Of a stretch of 64,000 nucleotides of DNA, positions 10,206 to 19,898 are shown one piece after another. The position numbers and the translations under genes are program-made. The stretch spans positions 7,296,001 through 7,360,000 of the forward strand of contig CAVTTN010000002.1 of NCBI GenBank assembly GCA_963737655.1, read 5' to 3'. This stretch comes from an uncultured Planctomycetota bacterium. Lineage in GTDB: Bacteria; Planctomycetota; Planctomycetia; Isosphaerales; Isosphaeraceae. The number at the start of each line of letters is the position of its first letter. The first letter of the stretch is position 1. The notes beneath the pieces were generated by a model, which did no database searches, was not told where the DNA came from, and saw only the letters and a list, made by a program, of their open reading frames with translations.

Positions 10206-10286
10206 CGCCCAACCCTCCTCGCCCCGTCGTCTCTGCGGACATCCTAGGATACCCGGAGGGGCGAGGACGGGTTTCGGGCGACGAAC

Positions 10287-10568
10287 TCACGCGGTGAACG
10301 TGTCGGTCGGGCCTTTCGGGGCGGTCCCGAGGCTCGTCCGTTCATGATGCCGGCGCTCGTGATGGTACGCCAGGCCGACGAACGTGATCGCCAGGCCGAC
10401 GATCGCCGCGAGCACGAGGACGACGACGATCAGCTCCATCGGCCGGTCGAGCTGGTTGAAGAGGAACGAGCCCACGCGGCCCTCGTAGCGATTGCCCAGC
10501 CCGATGGAGGCCAGGCCGAGGCCGATCAGGGCCCCGGCGGTGATGATGCCCCCGGTCAACGCTCTCAT
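10287..10568 (-). CDS. Small two-TM membrane protein
   Basis: Two hydrophobic helices, His-rich tail YHHERRHHE, ATG with upstream GGAG. Confidence 0.7.
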   Translation of the reverse strand: MRALTGGIITAGALIGLGLASIGLGNRYEGRVGSFLFNQLDRPMELIVVVLVLAAIVGLAITFVGLAYHHERRHHERTSLGTAPKGPTDTFTA

Positions 10569-10635
10569 GAGGAATCTCCCTCGGGAAAAGGCCGAGACGT
10601 TGGCGGGACGAGGCCCGCGCGTCGGTCGATGTCGA

Positions 10636-10809
10636 TCACATGTTGCATCCGCGGAGCAGGCCGGCCATCACGATGAAGATCCCGCCGATGATCAGCAGGA
10701 AGCTGCTGCATCCGCAGCCGGGATAGGCCCCGTAGGGCCCTTGATAGCCGTAGCCGGGCCCCGGGCCCCGGCCTCCGCCGAAGCCTCCGAACAGCGAACC
10801 CAAACCCAT
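10636..10809 (-). CDS. Small Gly/Tyr/Cys-rich membrane peptide (57 aa)
   Basis: End of ORF 10636..11628; GAGG upstream of ATG 10809; GYGYQGPYGAYPGCGC followed by TM helix. Confidence 0.6.
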   Translation of the reverse strand: MGLGSLFGGFGGGRGPGPGYGYQGPYGAYPGCGCSSFLLIIGGIFIVMAGLLRGCNM

Positions 10810-10907
10810 CGCGCACCTCGAATCCAGTGGAATGACCCCCGCGCCGGGCGGGCAACGTCCCGGCCGCTGAGGCCCTCCGCCTCGCAACCCCCATGCCGTC
10901 TCTGGAC

Positions 10908-11783
10908 TTATCGCGAGGCCATCGCCACGATCGCCGCCTCGATCGTCGGCCGGGGCAGGCCGGGGAGGAGGCCCCGGAGCCGGGACGTGTCGAGCGAGAC
11001 GTCGGCCGGTCGGGGCTCGGGGGACGGGGCGTCGCTCTGGCGGTTCTTCCTGACGAGGGACGGGTCGAAGCCGAGAGCCGAGGCGATCCGGGCCATCAGG
11101 CCGAACCGGCTCACGCGCTCGGACCCGGCGAGGTGGACGATCCCGGCCACGTCCGATTCCAGGAGCCGGACCAGCCCTTCGGCGGCCGTCGGATAATCCA
11201 GGGGGGTCCGGAATTCGTCCTCGAAGAAGGTTTGCGGCTCGCCTCGACCAAGGGCCGCGATCGCGCGATCGAAGAACGCGGGACGGCCGCACCGGCTCGG
11301 GCCGAACATCAGGGGGAGGCGGACCACCAGGCCGCCCGAGACCTCCCGAATGGCCGCCTCGCCGGTCTTCTTGGTCCGGCCGTATTCGAGGACGGGCTCG
11401 GCCGGGTCGTCCTCGCGGTTCCAGGGCTTCGAGCCGTCGAAGACCAGGTCGGTGGAGGTGAAGACGAGCCGTCGGCCGCGGTCCGAGGCCCATCGGGCGA
11501 TCGCCTGGGTGGCCGAGACGTTGATGGCTCGGGCCCTCGGGGGATCGCGGCGGACCGACTCGGCCGAGGCGATCGCGGCGGCGTGGAGGATGGCCTCGGG
11601 ATCGGCCTCGTCGAGCCTCCCGGCCCAATCGGGCGCCTCGAAATCGACCGGGACGAGCCGGACGCCCGACCTCTCTCCGCCGACGGACCCGCTCCAGGCG
11701 ACGACCCCATGCCCGGCGAGCCGGAGGGCGTCGATCAGGTAGGCCCCCAGGTTGCCGCTCGCCCCCGTCACCAGAACCGTCAT
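10908..11783 (-). CDS. RmlD-like (dTDP-4-dehydrorhamnose reductase family) extended SDR
   Basis: TGASGNLG, STDLVFDG, YGRTK, DEFRTP; AGGAGG RBS. Confidence 0.85.
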   Translation of the reverse strand: MTVLVTGASGNLGAYLIDALRLAGHGVVAWSGSVGGERSGVRLVPVDFEAPDWAGRLDEADPEAILHAAAIASAESVRRDPPRARAINVSATQAIARWASDRGRRLVFTSTDLVFDGSKPWNREDDPAEPVLEYGRTKKTGEAAIREVSGGLVVRLPLMFGPSRCGRPAFFDRAIAALGRGEPQTFFEDEFRTPLDYPTAAEGLVRLLESDVAGIVHLAGSERVSRFGLMARIASALGFDPSLVRKNRQSDAPSPEPRPADVSLDTSRLRGLLPGLPRPTIEAAIVAMASR

Positions 11784-11952
11784 GGCCGGACCTCCTTCGC
11801 GTTCCTGGGATAACGATCCGAAGCGATGCGCGGGGCCTTCCTCGGAAACCCTTCCGGTCGGGCCGAATTTCGGGGGGGCCGTGGCCGATGGAAACTCCCG
11901 GCGAGGTCCACGATAGGGCCGCCGCGACGAGGCGACGTCAAGGGGGCCGGCG

Positions 11953-12834
11953 ATGGAAATCCACGATCTGACGCTCGATGACCTGGTCCTGGACCCCTCG
12001 CTGAACCTCCGAGACCGGCTCGACGACGACACCGTCCATCGCTACATGGACGCCTGGGGCCGGATGCCGCCGATCACCGTCTTCGACGTCGAGGGGCGGC
12101 TCCTGGTCGCCGACGGCTTCCACCGCCACGCCGCGGCCGTCTCTCTCGGCAAGAGGACGATCCTGGCCGAGGTGCGAGCCGGGACGTTCCCCGAGGCGCT
12201 CGACTTCGTGGCCGGCGCCAACCTCTTCCACGGCCTCCCCCTGACCCGCGCCGAGAGGCGACGGGCCATCGAGGTCAGGCTCCGGCTCCATCACGAGCGG
12301 TCCGACCGCCACCTGGCCGAGGAGCTCAGCGTGGGGCGGGAGCTGGTGGCCAAGATCCGCCGGCAACTGGTGGAAGCGGGCCAGATTCCCCTCGGCTCGA
12401 CCCGCCTGGGGGCCGACGGCAAGACCTATCCCGCCAGCCTCCCGAAAGACCCGAACGAGCACACGCCGAGAGACCTCGGCTCGACCCAGGACGACCCCAG
12501 GTCACGAGGCGGAAAAGAGGCCGATCCCGCGCCCTGGGACGACACCAGCGACCCTCTCCCGGTCGTCCAGGAAGCGCCCCGAACCGCCGCCCCCTGGGAA
12601 GAGGAGACCGCCGACGCCAAGGTCATCGCCCAGGGGCCGCCGATCCCCTCCGCCGCCCCGACCATCGACGAGATGCTCGGCCTGATGACGAAGCAGGTCA
12701 TGGAAGTCGTTTCCTGGACCCAGGCCGAAGGCTTCTTCGAGTCCTACCGGACCGCCGGGGCCAACGCGCGAGGCCTGTTCCAATCCGCCACCATCAAGCT
12801 CGCCGCCCGAGCCGACCAGTTGCGGAGGGCGTGA
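11953..12834 (+). CDS. ParB/Srx N-terminal domain protein with HTH-like segment (StrR-like)
   Basis: PPITV, LVADGFHRHAAA, N..HGLPLT, SDRHLAEELSVGRELVAKIR. Confidence 0.75.
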   Translation: MEIHDLTLDDLVLDPSLNLRDRLDDDTVHRYMDAWGRMPPITVFDVEGRLLVADGFHRHAAAVSLGKRTILAEVRAGTFPEALDFVAGANLFHGLPLTRAERRRAIEVRLRLHHERSDRHLAEELSVGRELVAKIRRQLVEAGQIPLGSTRLGADGKTYPASLPKDPNEHTPRDLGSTQDDPRSRGGKEADPAPWDDTSDPLPVVQEAPRTAAPWEEETADAKVIAQGPPIPSAAPTIDEMLGLMTKQVMEVVSWTQAEGFFESYRTAGANARGLFQSATIKLAARADQLRRA

Positions 12835-12969
12835 ACCCTCCACGATTTCGTTGGCGAGCGAGGCCCCGACGCGATAGCCTGACTCCCTGGGAACGTCCGA
12901 AGCCGCGCGCCCCACAAAGGGGAAGGCGCCTTCGGAGGGCGTCCGCTCGGTTCGGGAGTCGCCACGTCG

Positions 12970-14163
12970 ATGATCGGCCACCTTCGCCTCGTGACCGGGC
13001 CCGAGTCGGGCCGGACCATCGACCTCTACGATGGGCAGACCCTGGTGATCGGCCGGGGGGAGAAGTCCGACACCAAATTCAAGGACCTTCAGGTCTCGCG
13101 AATCCATTGCGAGCTGCGAGTTCTCGACGGGTCCTGTACCCTGGTGGATGACGAGAGCGTCGGCGGGACGTTCGTCAACGGGCAGAAGGTCCGCGAGCAA
13201 CCGGTTCGTCACGGCGACGTCATCCGCGTCGGCTCGACCGAGATGAAGCTCCACCTGATGGGGATCGCCGACGCGGCGGAACTCGTCGCCGCCCAGCGGC
13301 CGAAGCCGAAATCGACCGGGGCGGCGGACGTCTCGGGCCAGACGATCTCGCATTACGAGGTCGGGGAGCTCGTCGCCCGGGGGCGGACCGGCTCGATTTA
13401 CCGGGCCGAGGACACCCGGGACGGCCGGACCGTGGCCTTGAAGGTCCTGAACCCCGAATATGCCGACGACGAGGAAGAGCTCCAGCGATTCATCCGCGCG
13501 ATGAAGACCGTCGTCGGGCTGAAGCACCCGAACCTCGTCGCGGTCCTCGGCGCCGGCAAGCAGGGATCGATCTGCTTCACGGCGATGGAGTTCGTCGAGG
13601 GGGAACCGCTGACGAGGATTATCGAGAGGGTGGGGACCGAGGGGATGCTCGACTGGCGGAAGGCCCGATCGGTGGGCCTGGACGTGGCCCGGGGGCTGGA
13701 GGCCGCCCACGCCCAGCACATCATCCATCGCAACGTGATGCCGGCCAATATTATGATCCGAAAGCCCGATTACACCGCCAAGCTCGGCGACCTGATGCTC
13801 GCCAAGGCGATGGAGGGGCTGATGGCCCGGCAGATCACCCGGCCCGGCGAGCTCGTCGGCGAGATCGTCTACATGTCGCCCGAGAGGACCCGGGAAGACG
13901 TCTCGGTGGACACCCGGAGCGACCTCTACAGCCTCGGCGCGACGCTGTACACCCTGCTCGCCGGGCGTCCTCCGTTCGAAGGGCGGACGCTGGTCGAGCG
14001 GGTCTCGCAGATCCGCCAGGCCGACCCGCTCCCCCCCAAGAAGTTCCAGCCCGAATTGCCCGACGCCCTCCAGGACGTCGTCTTGAAGGCGATGGCCAAG
14101 AGGCCCGAGATGCGCTATCAGACCGCCTCGGAGATGAGGAAGGATCTCGAGAAGCCGCTGTAG
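12970..14163 (+). CDS. FHA-domain Hanks-type Ser/Thr kinase (pseudokinase-like)
   Basis: FHA (IGRG, VSRIH, GTFVNG); VALKVL, HRNVMPAN, KLGDLM, YMSPE, SDLYSLG. Confidence 0.9.
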   Translation: MIGHLRLVTGPESGRTIDLYDGQTLVIGRGEKSDTKFKDLQVSRIHCELRVLDGSCTLVDDESVGGTFVNGQKVREQPVRHGDVIRVGSTEMKLHLMGIADAAELVAAQRPKPKSTGAADVSGQTISHYEVGELVARGRTGSIYRAEDTRDGRTVALKVLNPEYADDEEELQRFIRAMKTVVGLKHPNLVAVLGAGKQGSICFTAMEFVEGEPLTRIIERVGTEGMLDWRKARSVGLDVARGLEAAHAQHIIHRNVMPANIMIRKPDYTAKLGDLMLAKAMEGLMARQITRPGELVGEIVYMSPERTREDVSVDTRSDLYSLGATLYTLLAGRPPFEGRTLVERVSQIRQADPLPPKKFQPELPDALQDVVLKAMAKRPEMRYQTASEMRKDLEKPL

Positions 14164-14181
14164 GGAGCGAAAAACGCAGGA

Positions 14182-15339
14182 TTACAGGAAATCGCTCATC
14201 ACGGAGTCGGCCAGGAAGATGCCTTCTTTCGTGAGGCGGAGTGTTCGGCCGTCGTCGTCGAGGAGGCCGCCGGACCTGTGCTTCTTCAGGGCCGTTCCGG
14301 CCAGGGTGTCGAGATCGAACCCGGTCCGTTCCCGGAAATCCTGGCGGTCGAGGCCGAGTTGCGTCCTTCGGAGCATCAGGACGGCCGTTTCCCGGGCGCG
14401 GCCCTCGGGGTCGAGCGTCTCGGTCGGCCCGGTGGGGTCGTCGCCGGCCTCGATCCTCTTGAGATAGGCCATCAGGTCGCGGGTGTTGACCGATCTTCGC
14501 CCCTGTTCATATCGGGCCGCGCCCACGCCGACGCCGAAATAGGCGTCGTTGGCCCAGTAGACGAGGTTGTGGCGGGACTCTTGGCCGGGCCGGGCGTAGT
14601 TGGAGATCTCGTACTGGGGGAGGCCCTCCGATTCGAGCCTCTCCATCGTCCGGCCGAACATCGCGCGTTCGTCCTCCTCGCCGACCTCCACGACCTGCCC
14701 CGCGTTCCATTGCTTCCACAACGGCGTGCCCTTCTCATAGACCAGGCCGTAGCAGGAGAGGTGCGAGGGGCCGAGCGAAAGGGCGCGGTCGAGGTCGTCC
14801 TCCCACATCTCGGGAGTCGAGCCCGGGACCCCGAAAATCAGGTCGAGGGACCAGGATTCGAACCGGGGGGCGACCAGGTCCACGGCCCTTGGGACGTCCT
14901 CGGGGTCGTGGTTGCGTTCGAGGGCCTTGAGCAGCTCGGGGCGGAACGACTGGGCCCCGAGGCTGATCCGATTCGCCCCGCCGTCGGCCAGGATGCGGAC
15001 CTTCTCGGCCGAGAGCGTCCCCGGGTTGGCCTCGACGGTCCACTCCCCTCCGGGTTCGAGCGGATACCATCGGGCGATTTGCGCCATCAGGCGGGCGAGC
15101 TGATCGGGCGAGAGTCGGGTCGGCGTTCCTCCGCCGACGAAGATCGTCTCGACGGGATGAGGCTCGCCCATCCGGGCCATTTCGCGGCCGAGGGCCTCCA
15201 GATAGCGGTCGGCCAGGTCGTCCATCCCGGCGACCGAGGCGAAATCGCAATACCCGCACTTGTGGGCGCAGAACGGGATGTGGACGTAGGCGGCCCGGGG
15301 CTCGATCCACGGAGGGGCGGCCAGCCCGGATTGGGTCAA
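14182..15339 (-). CDS. hemW: Radical SAM heme chaperone HemW (HemN-like)
   Basis: YVHIPFCAHKCGYCDF, GGGTP, YEISNY, HNLVYW; probable TTG start overlapping upstream stop. Confidence 0.9.
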   Translation of the reverse strand: MTQSGLAAPPWIEPRAAYVHIPFCAHKCGYCDFASVAGMDDLADRYLEALGREMARMGEPHPVETIFVGGGTPTRLSPDQLARLMAQIARWYPLEPGGEWTVEANPGTLSAEKVRILADGGANRISLGAQSFRPELLKALERNHDPEDVPRAVDLVAPRFESWSLDLIFGVPGSTPEMWEDDLDRALSLGPSHLSCYGLVYEKGTPLWKQWNAGQVVEVGEEDERAMFGRTMERLESEGLPQYEISNYARPGQESRHNLVYWANDAYFGVGVGAARYEQGRRSVNTRDLMAYLKRIEAGDDPTGPTETLDPEGRARETAVLMLRRTQLGLDRQDFRERTGFDLDTLAGTALKKHRSGGLLDDDGRTLRLTKEGIFLADSVMSDFL

Positions 15340-15593
15340 GGAACCGCCTCCAGGAACCGGACCTCCGGCACCCGGGCCTTCAGGACTTTTTCGATCCCCA
15401 TCGTCAGGGTGTAGACCGAGGAGGAGCAACCCTGGCAGGCCCCGAGCAGGCGGACCTGGACGATCCGATCGTCATCGACGCCCACGACCTCGACCCCTCC
15501 GCCGTCGGCGTGGAGGCCGTCGCGGACCTCGGCATTGAGCACCTCCTCGATCCGAGAGAGGAGGGCCTGGCGGTCGTCATCCGGCATGGGCAT
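15336..15593 (-). CDS. NifU C-terminal (Nfu) domain Fe-S carrier
   Basis: LHADGGGVE, RLLGACQGCSSS..TL..GIE. Confidence 0.9.
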   Translation of the reverse strand: MPMPDDDRQALLSRIEEVLNAEVRDGLHADGGGVEVVGVDDDRIVQVRLLGACQGCSSSVYTLTMGIEKVLKARVPEVRFLEAVP

Positions 15594-15724
15594 CGGCGAT
15601 GAGATCCTGGAGGGGAGAGCGTCGGCGTGCCGGGACGACCCCGGCCGCCCGGGGAGAGCCGGTCCGGGGTCCGTGTTCCGCATTCTAGGACGGGCGAGAG
15701 GATGAGTCGAGGGGCCGGGCCGCG

Positions 15725-16150
15725 TCAGTAGTCCCGGCCGCCTCCGCCGCCGCCATAGCCACCGCGGCCGCCACCTCCGTAGCCTCCGCCGCTGCCGCCG
15801 CCATAGCCGCCTCCGCCCCCGCCGCTGTATCCACCCCCGCCGCTGCCCCCGCCGTAGCCCCGGCCTCCGCCGTAGCCGCCGCCTCCGCCGCGGCCGCCCT
15901 CGGTCCGGGGCTTGGCTTCGTTGACCGTCAGCCGACGACCTTCGTGGTCCTGGCCGTCGAGGGCCTCGATGGCCGCTTCGGCCTCGTTGTCGTTGTCCAT
16001 CTCGACGAAGCCGAATCCGCGGCTCCGGCCCGTCTCGCGGTCGCTCAGCACCTGCGCCGAGCGGACCGGGCCGTACTGCTCGAACAACGCTTGCAGGTCT
16101 TCGGAGGAGACCTGATAGGAGAGATTCCCGACGTAAAGCCGTTTCGCCAT
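15725..16150 (-). CDS. RRM RNA-binding protein with Gly-rich tail
   Basis: RNP2 LYVGNL, RNP1 RGFGFVEM, GGGY/RGG tail. Confidence 0.95.
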   Translation of the reverse strand: MAKRLYVGNLSYQVSSEDLQALFEQYGPVRSAQVLSDRETGRSRGFGFVEMDNDNEAEAAIEALDGQDHEGRRLTVNEAKPRTEGGRGGGGGYGGGRGYGGGSGGGGYSGGGGGGYGGGSGGGYGGGGRGGYGGGGGGRDY

Positions 16151-16372
16151 CGCAGTCGCCTGTTTCTGTCCAGGCTCTCCACCGTCCGAGGCCAGTCCCG
16201 GAGGCGTCGTGCGCCGACGCTTCCGATGCACCTCGGGCCGTCCCGCCGACGCCCCGGCTCCGGGTGCGGCTCTCCGTTCTAGGCGATCCGAGGCGCCTTG
16301 TCAATCGGGCGCAATCCCGGCCTCAGGGCCGAGGAGTCCCGTGGGTGTAGCTCCCGAATCCGGAGTTTTTTC

Positions 16373-16404
16373 GGGTGCCCCCGGTTCGAGAACCGGGGGC
16401 ACCC
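16373..16404. repeat. Perfect GGTG-type palindrome (REP-like)
   Basis: GGGTGCCCCCGGTT-CGAG-AACCGGGGGCACCC between divergent genes; imperfect extension to about 16356-16420. Confidence 0.7.
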
Positions 16405-16570
16405 CAGAAGTTCCAGATTCCAGAGCGATACCCAGTCCCGTCTCCTCCTTGACCCGCGCCCGAGGCCGGACTTAAGATGAGTCGTGAGGCCCCCGGGTCG
16501 AGCGCCCATCCTTTCTTCCCATCCTTTAGTTCGCGAGACCGCCGCCGGGCCGTTTCCAGGAGTCTCCGTG

Positions 16571-17710
16571 ATGACGCGCTGGCTGGTGCTGGGCGTGGTC
16601 GTGGTCGCCTTGTCGGTCGCCGCGGTCGTGGTCGTCCCGATGCTCCCCCGGGAGGTCTCCTCCGAAGGGGAGCGGATCGACGTGTTCCCCGGGTCGAGCG
16701 TGAAGAAAGGGCCGCCGGGCCGGCTCGTCCTGGACCAGGCCACCTCCTTCGACTTCGGCCTGATGGCCCAGAAGACCAAGGGGGAGCATGTCTGGATCCT
16801 CAAGAACGAAGGGGAAGGGGAGGTCGAGCTGATCAAGGGGCCGTCAAGCTGCTCCTGCACGATCGCCAACTTCTCCGACTCTCAGGATTCGTTCATCCTC
16901 AAGCCCAAGGCGGACACCAAGATCCGCCTGGAGTGGAACACCCGCGAATTCGACGGCTCGTATACCAAGGACGCCACGATCTACGTCCGCAACGACCCGG
17001 AGCGCAAGGAGCTCAAGCTGGCGATCGCCGGCAAGGTCCAGCCGGCGATGAAGGTCATGCCCGACAATCGCCTGATCGACTTCGGCCAGGTCCCCAACGA
17101 CCAGTCCAAGAAGGAACGGGCCGCGCTAGGCTCGGCCGACCGGCCGGACTTCAAGATCAAGTCCCTGAGGACCAGCCGGCCGGAACTCCTGAAGGCGACC
17201 TTCCGCCCGATGCCCGACGAGGACCGATCGTCGTTCGAGGCGATCAAGGGCGGCTACCGGATCGACGTCGAGCTCCTGCCGACGAGCGACCTGGGCGTCT
17301 TCAGCGAGGAGGTCATCGTCGAGACCGACCACCCGCTGGTCCCGGAGGTCCGCCTGGTGGCCGCGGGCAAGAGGACCGGGGCCGTCAGCGTGTTCCCCGA
17401 GGTCGTGACGATGAGGAACGTCCAGGGGATCAAGGGCGGCGAGTCGGCCGTGATGATCCTGGTCCGCAACGCCTCGGAATCGACCAAGTTCGAGGTCGCC
17501 GAGAAGCCGGAGAACCTGAAGGTCACCCTCGTCTCGGCCGATGATAAAGCCGGAACGTCCGTCAAGGTCCGCCAGTTGAAGATGACCGTCACGGTCCCGC
17601 CGGGAACGCCCCCGGGGATCACCGACGGCAAGATCGTCCTCAAGTCGGACCATCCCCAGGCGTCCCGGATCACGATCCCCGTGGATGTGACGGTCGTCGG
17701 GGCGGACTGA
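16571..17710 (+). CDS. DUF1573 (Ig-like) domain protein, membrane anchored
   Basis: N-terminal TM; FDFG..KN.G...SSCSCT motif; repeated beta-rich domains. Confidence 0.8.
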   Translation: MTRWLVLGVVVVALSVAAVVVVPMLPREVSSEGERIDVFPGSSVKKGPPGRLVLDQATSFDFGLMAQKTKGEHVWILKNEGEGEVELIKGPSSCSCTIANFSDSQDSFILKPKADTKIRLEWNTREFDGSYTKDATIYVRNDPERKELKLAIAGKVQPAMKVMPDNRLIDFGQVPNDQSKKERAALGSADRPDFKIKSLRTSRPELLKATFRPMPDEDRSSFEAIKGGYRIDVELLPTSDLGVFSEEVIVETDHPLVPEVRLVAAGKRTGAVSVFPEVVTMRNVQGIKGGESAVMILVRNASESTKFEVAEKPENLKVTLVSADDKAGTSVKVRQLKMTVTVPPGTPPGITDGKIVLKSDHPQASRITIPVDVTVVGAD

Positions 17711-17829
17711 TCGGCCAAATCGGCGCCGGATCGAGCGAAGACGAACACGGAGACGGAGGCGGTGCCCGAAGGCGGGGCCGCCGGCCGGGGGAGCGTCCCC
17801 GGCGCTCACGGACTCAGGAGAGGGAAAGG

Positions 17830-19445
17830 ATGACCATGAGCCGAACCCCCCCGTGGGCCGCCGTCCTCGCGGTCGGCCTGTCGATCGGCGCCGTCGTCGT
17901 CGTCGGCTGCAACAACGGCAAGCCCGCACCCCCGGCCGGCGCGGTCGCCTCGAAGGGGCCGGAGGAGGCGCCGAAGGCCCCGGCCGGGCCGAAATCCGCC
18001 CCGAAATGGTTCCTGGGCGACTGGCCCGCGGACCTCGCCGCCGTCCTGATGATCTCCGGCGAGATGGACGGCTACATGGAGCCCTGCGGCTGCACCGAGG
18101 GCCAGAAGGGCGGCCTGATCCGCCGGATGGCGTTCGCCGACCAGGTCCGCACCGAGGGGAAATGGCCCCTGGGCCTGATCGACCTGGGCGGACTCCTCAA
18201 TGACCCCGGCACTCACGGCGGCCTCGAAGAGACCAAGATCCGCTTCGTCACCGCGCTGAAGGCGCTCACGATGCTCAAGTACTCGGCCGTGGGCTCTCGG
18301 CCGACGACCTGAGGCTGGGCTCGACCGATGCGCTGATGACCCTCGTGAACGTCCCGGCCGACTACCCCGACCCCCCGAAGTTCGTCGCCGCCAACGTGAC
18401 GCCGATCGCCGGGTTCGGCTTCGAGAACCGGATTCGGCCGTCGGTGACGATCCCGCTCGGGCCGAGGAAGGTCGGCGTGACCGGAGTCCTCGCCCCCGAG
18501 GCGTTCGCGGCCCTTCGCGACGACGCCAAGGACCAGATGCTCACCGTGAAGCCCCCGGCCGAGTCCCTCCCTCCCGTCCTGGCCGACCTGGAGAAGGGGA
18601 CCGACTTCCAGGTGTTGCTCGTCCAGGGCCCTCCGGCGATGGCGAAGGCCCTGGCGACGCAATTCCCCGGGTTTGACGTCGTGGTCTCCACGTCCGAGTT
18701 CGTCGATCCCGAGTCCCAGCCCGAATCGCTCAACGGCGGCAAGACGTGGCTGGTCACCGTGGGCAAGAAGGGCCAGTACGTCGGGATGATCGGCCTGCCG
18801 AAGGACCCGAAGGCGCCGAAGCTCTACAAGAGGATCATGCTCGGGCCGGAGCTCGACAAGTTCAAGGGTCGCGGCAAGGAGATGAAGAAGCTGATCGACG
18901 AGGACTTCGTGACGGACCTGAGGTCGGCCGAGATCGTCTCGAGGTATCCCAAGAGGAAGTACTCGTCGGGCGTCTCCGGGGTGGAAGCCACCTATGTCGG
19001 CGCGAAGACCTGCGCCCAGTGCCATCCCAACACCTATCAACGCTGGTTGACGACCAAGCACGCCCACGCCTACGAGCCCCTGACCGACCCGAAACGGAAC
19101 CGCGAGGCCGACGCCGATTGCGTCCGCTGCCACACCACGGGATTCGAGTTCGCGGGAGGGTTCACCGACCCGAAATCGGTGCCGGACCTCCGGGGCAACC
19201 AGTGCGAGAACTGCCACGGCCCCGGCTCGGCCCACGCCGCCGCCCCCGACGACGTGGACATCCGCAAGAGCATCGCCCGGTCGGCCGAGCGGTTCCAGAA
19301 GGGGGACGGCTGCACCGGCTGCCACGACATGGACAACTCCCCGCACTTCGACTTCCCCACCATGTGGGGCAAGGTCATGCACAAGGCGATGGACACGTAC
19401 AAAGATCCCAGGGTCCACCAGGGGATCACCAAGCCGGCGGGCTGA
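17830..19445 (+). CDS. Lipoprotein: 5'-nucleotidase/UshA-like N-domain fused to tetraheme c554-like cytochrome (apparent frameshift about 18293)
   Basis: Lipobox VVGC; GYMEPCGC..QKGGL.RR; CAQCH, CVRCH, CENCH, CTGCH; one added base joins ORFs 17830 and 18336. Confidence 0.85.
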
Positions 19446-19537
19446 GACGACCGGAACTCGTCTGGCCGCTCGGGCCGGTCGCGGATAATCTCTCGCGCCG
19501 ATCCTGTTCGGAAACGGTACGGAACGGAGTCCCGCCG

Positions 19538-19855
19538 ATGACCAGCGTCCCGACCTCGCGGTTCGATCGCCTCGTCTCGAAATATCGCCAGGACCATACC
19601 CACCCGGTCAACCACGTCCTCCACGTCGGCGTGGGCTGGCCGATGGTGGGGGCGGCCCTCCTCCTCCTGCCGTTCCGGCCCCTATGGTCGTTGGGGTTGT
19701 TCCTGGGCGGATATGCGTTCATGTTCTCGGGCCATTTCCTGTTCGAGAAGAACATCCCGACGATCTTGAAGCACCCGAGCACGCCGTTCGTGATGGCCTG
19801 GGCGGTCCTCCGCGGCCTCTTCCAAGGCGTGGCCAGACTGGTTCGCGTCCGATAA
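19538..19855 (+). CDS. DUF962/Mpo1-like membrane protein
   Basis: Y..DHTHPVN..LH and FSGHFLFEKN.P. Confidence 0.85.
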   Translation: MTSVPTSRFDRLVSKYRQDHTHPVNHVLHVGVGWPMVGAALLLLPFRPLWSLGLFLGGYAFMFSGHFLFEKNIPTILKHPSTPFVMAWAVLRGLFQGVARLVRVR

Positions 19856-19898
19856 AATCGGGGTCGTGGATCGAACCGCCCCGGAGGAGGGACCGCCG

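Noticed and set aside
15725..15900. GCC-rich repeats
   Set aside because: Simply encode the Gly-rich tail of the RRM protein.
16300..16460. tRNA or known ncRNA
   Set aside because: No cloverleaf or T-loop/CCA pattern; only a REP-like palindrome.
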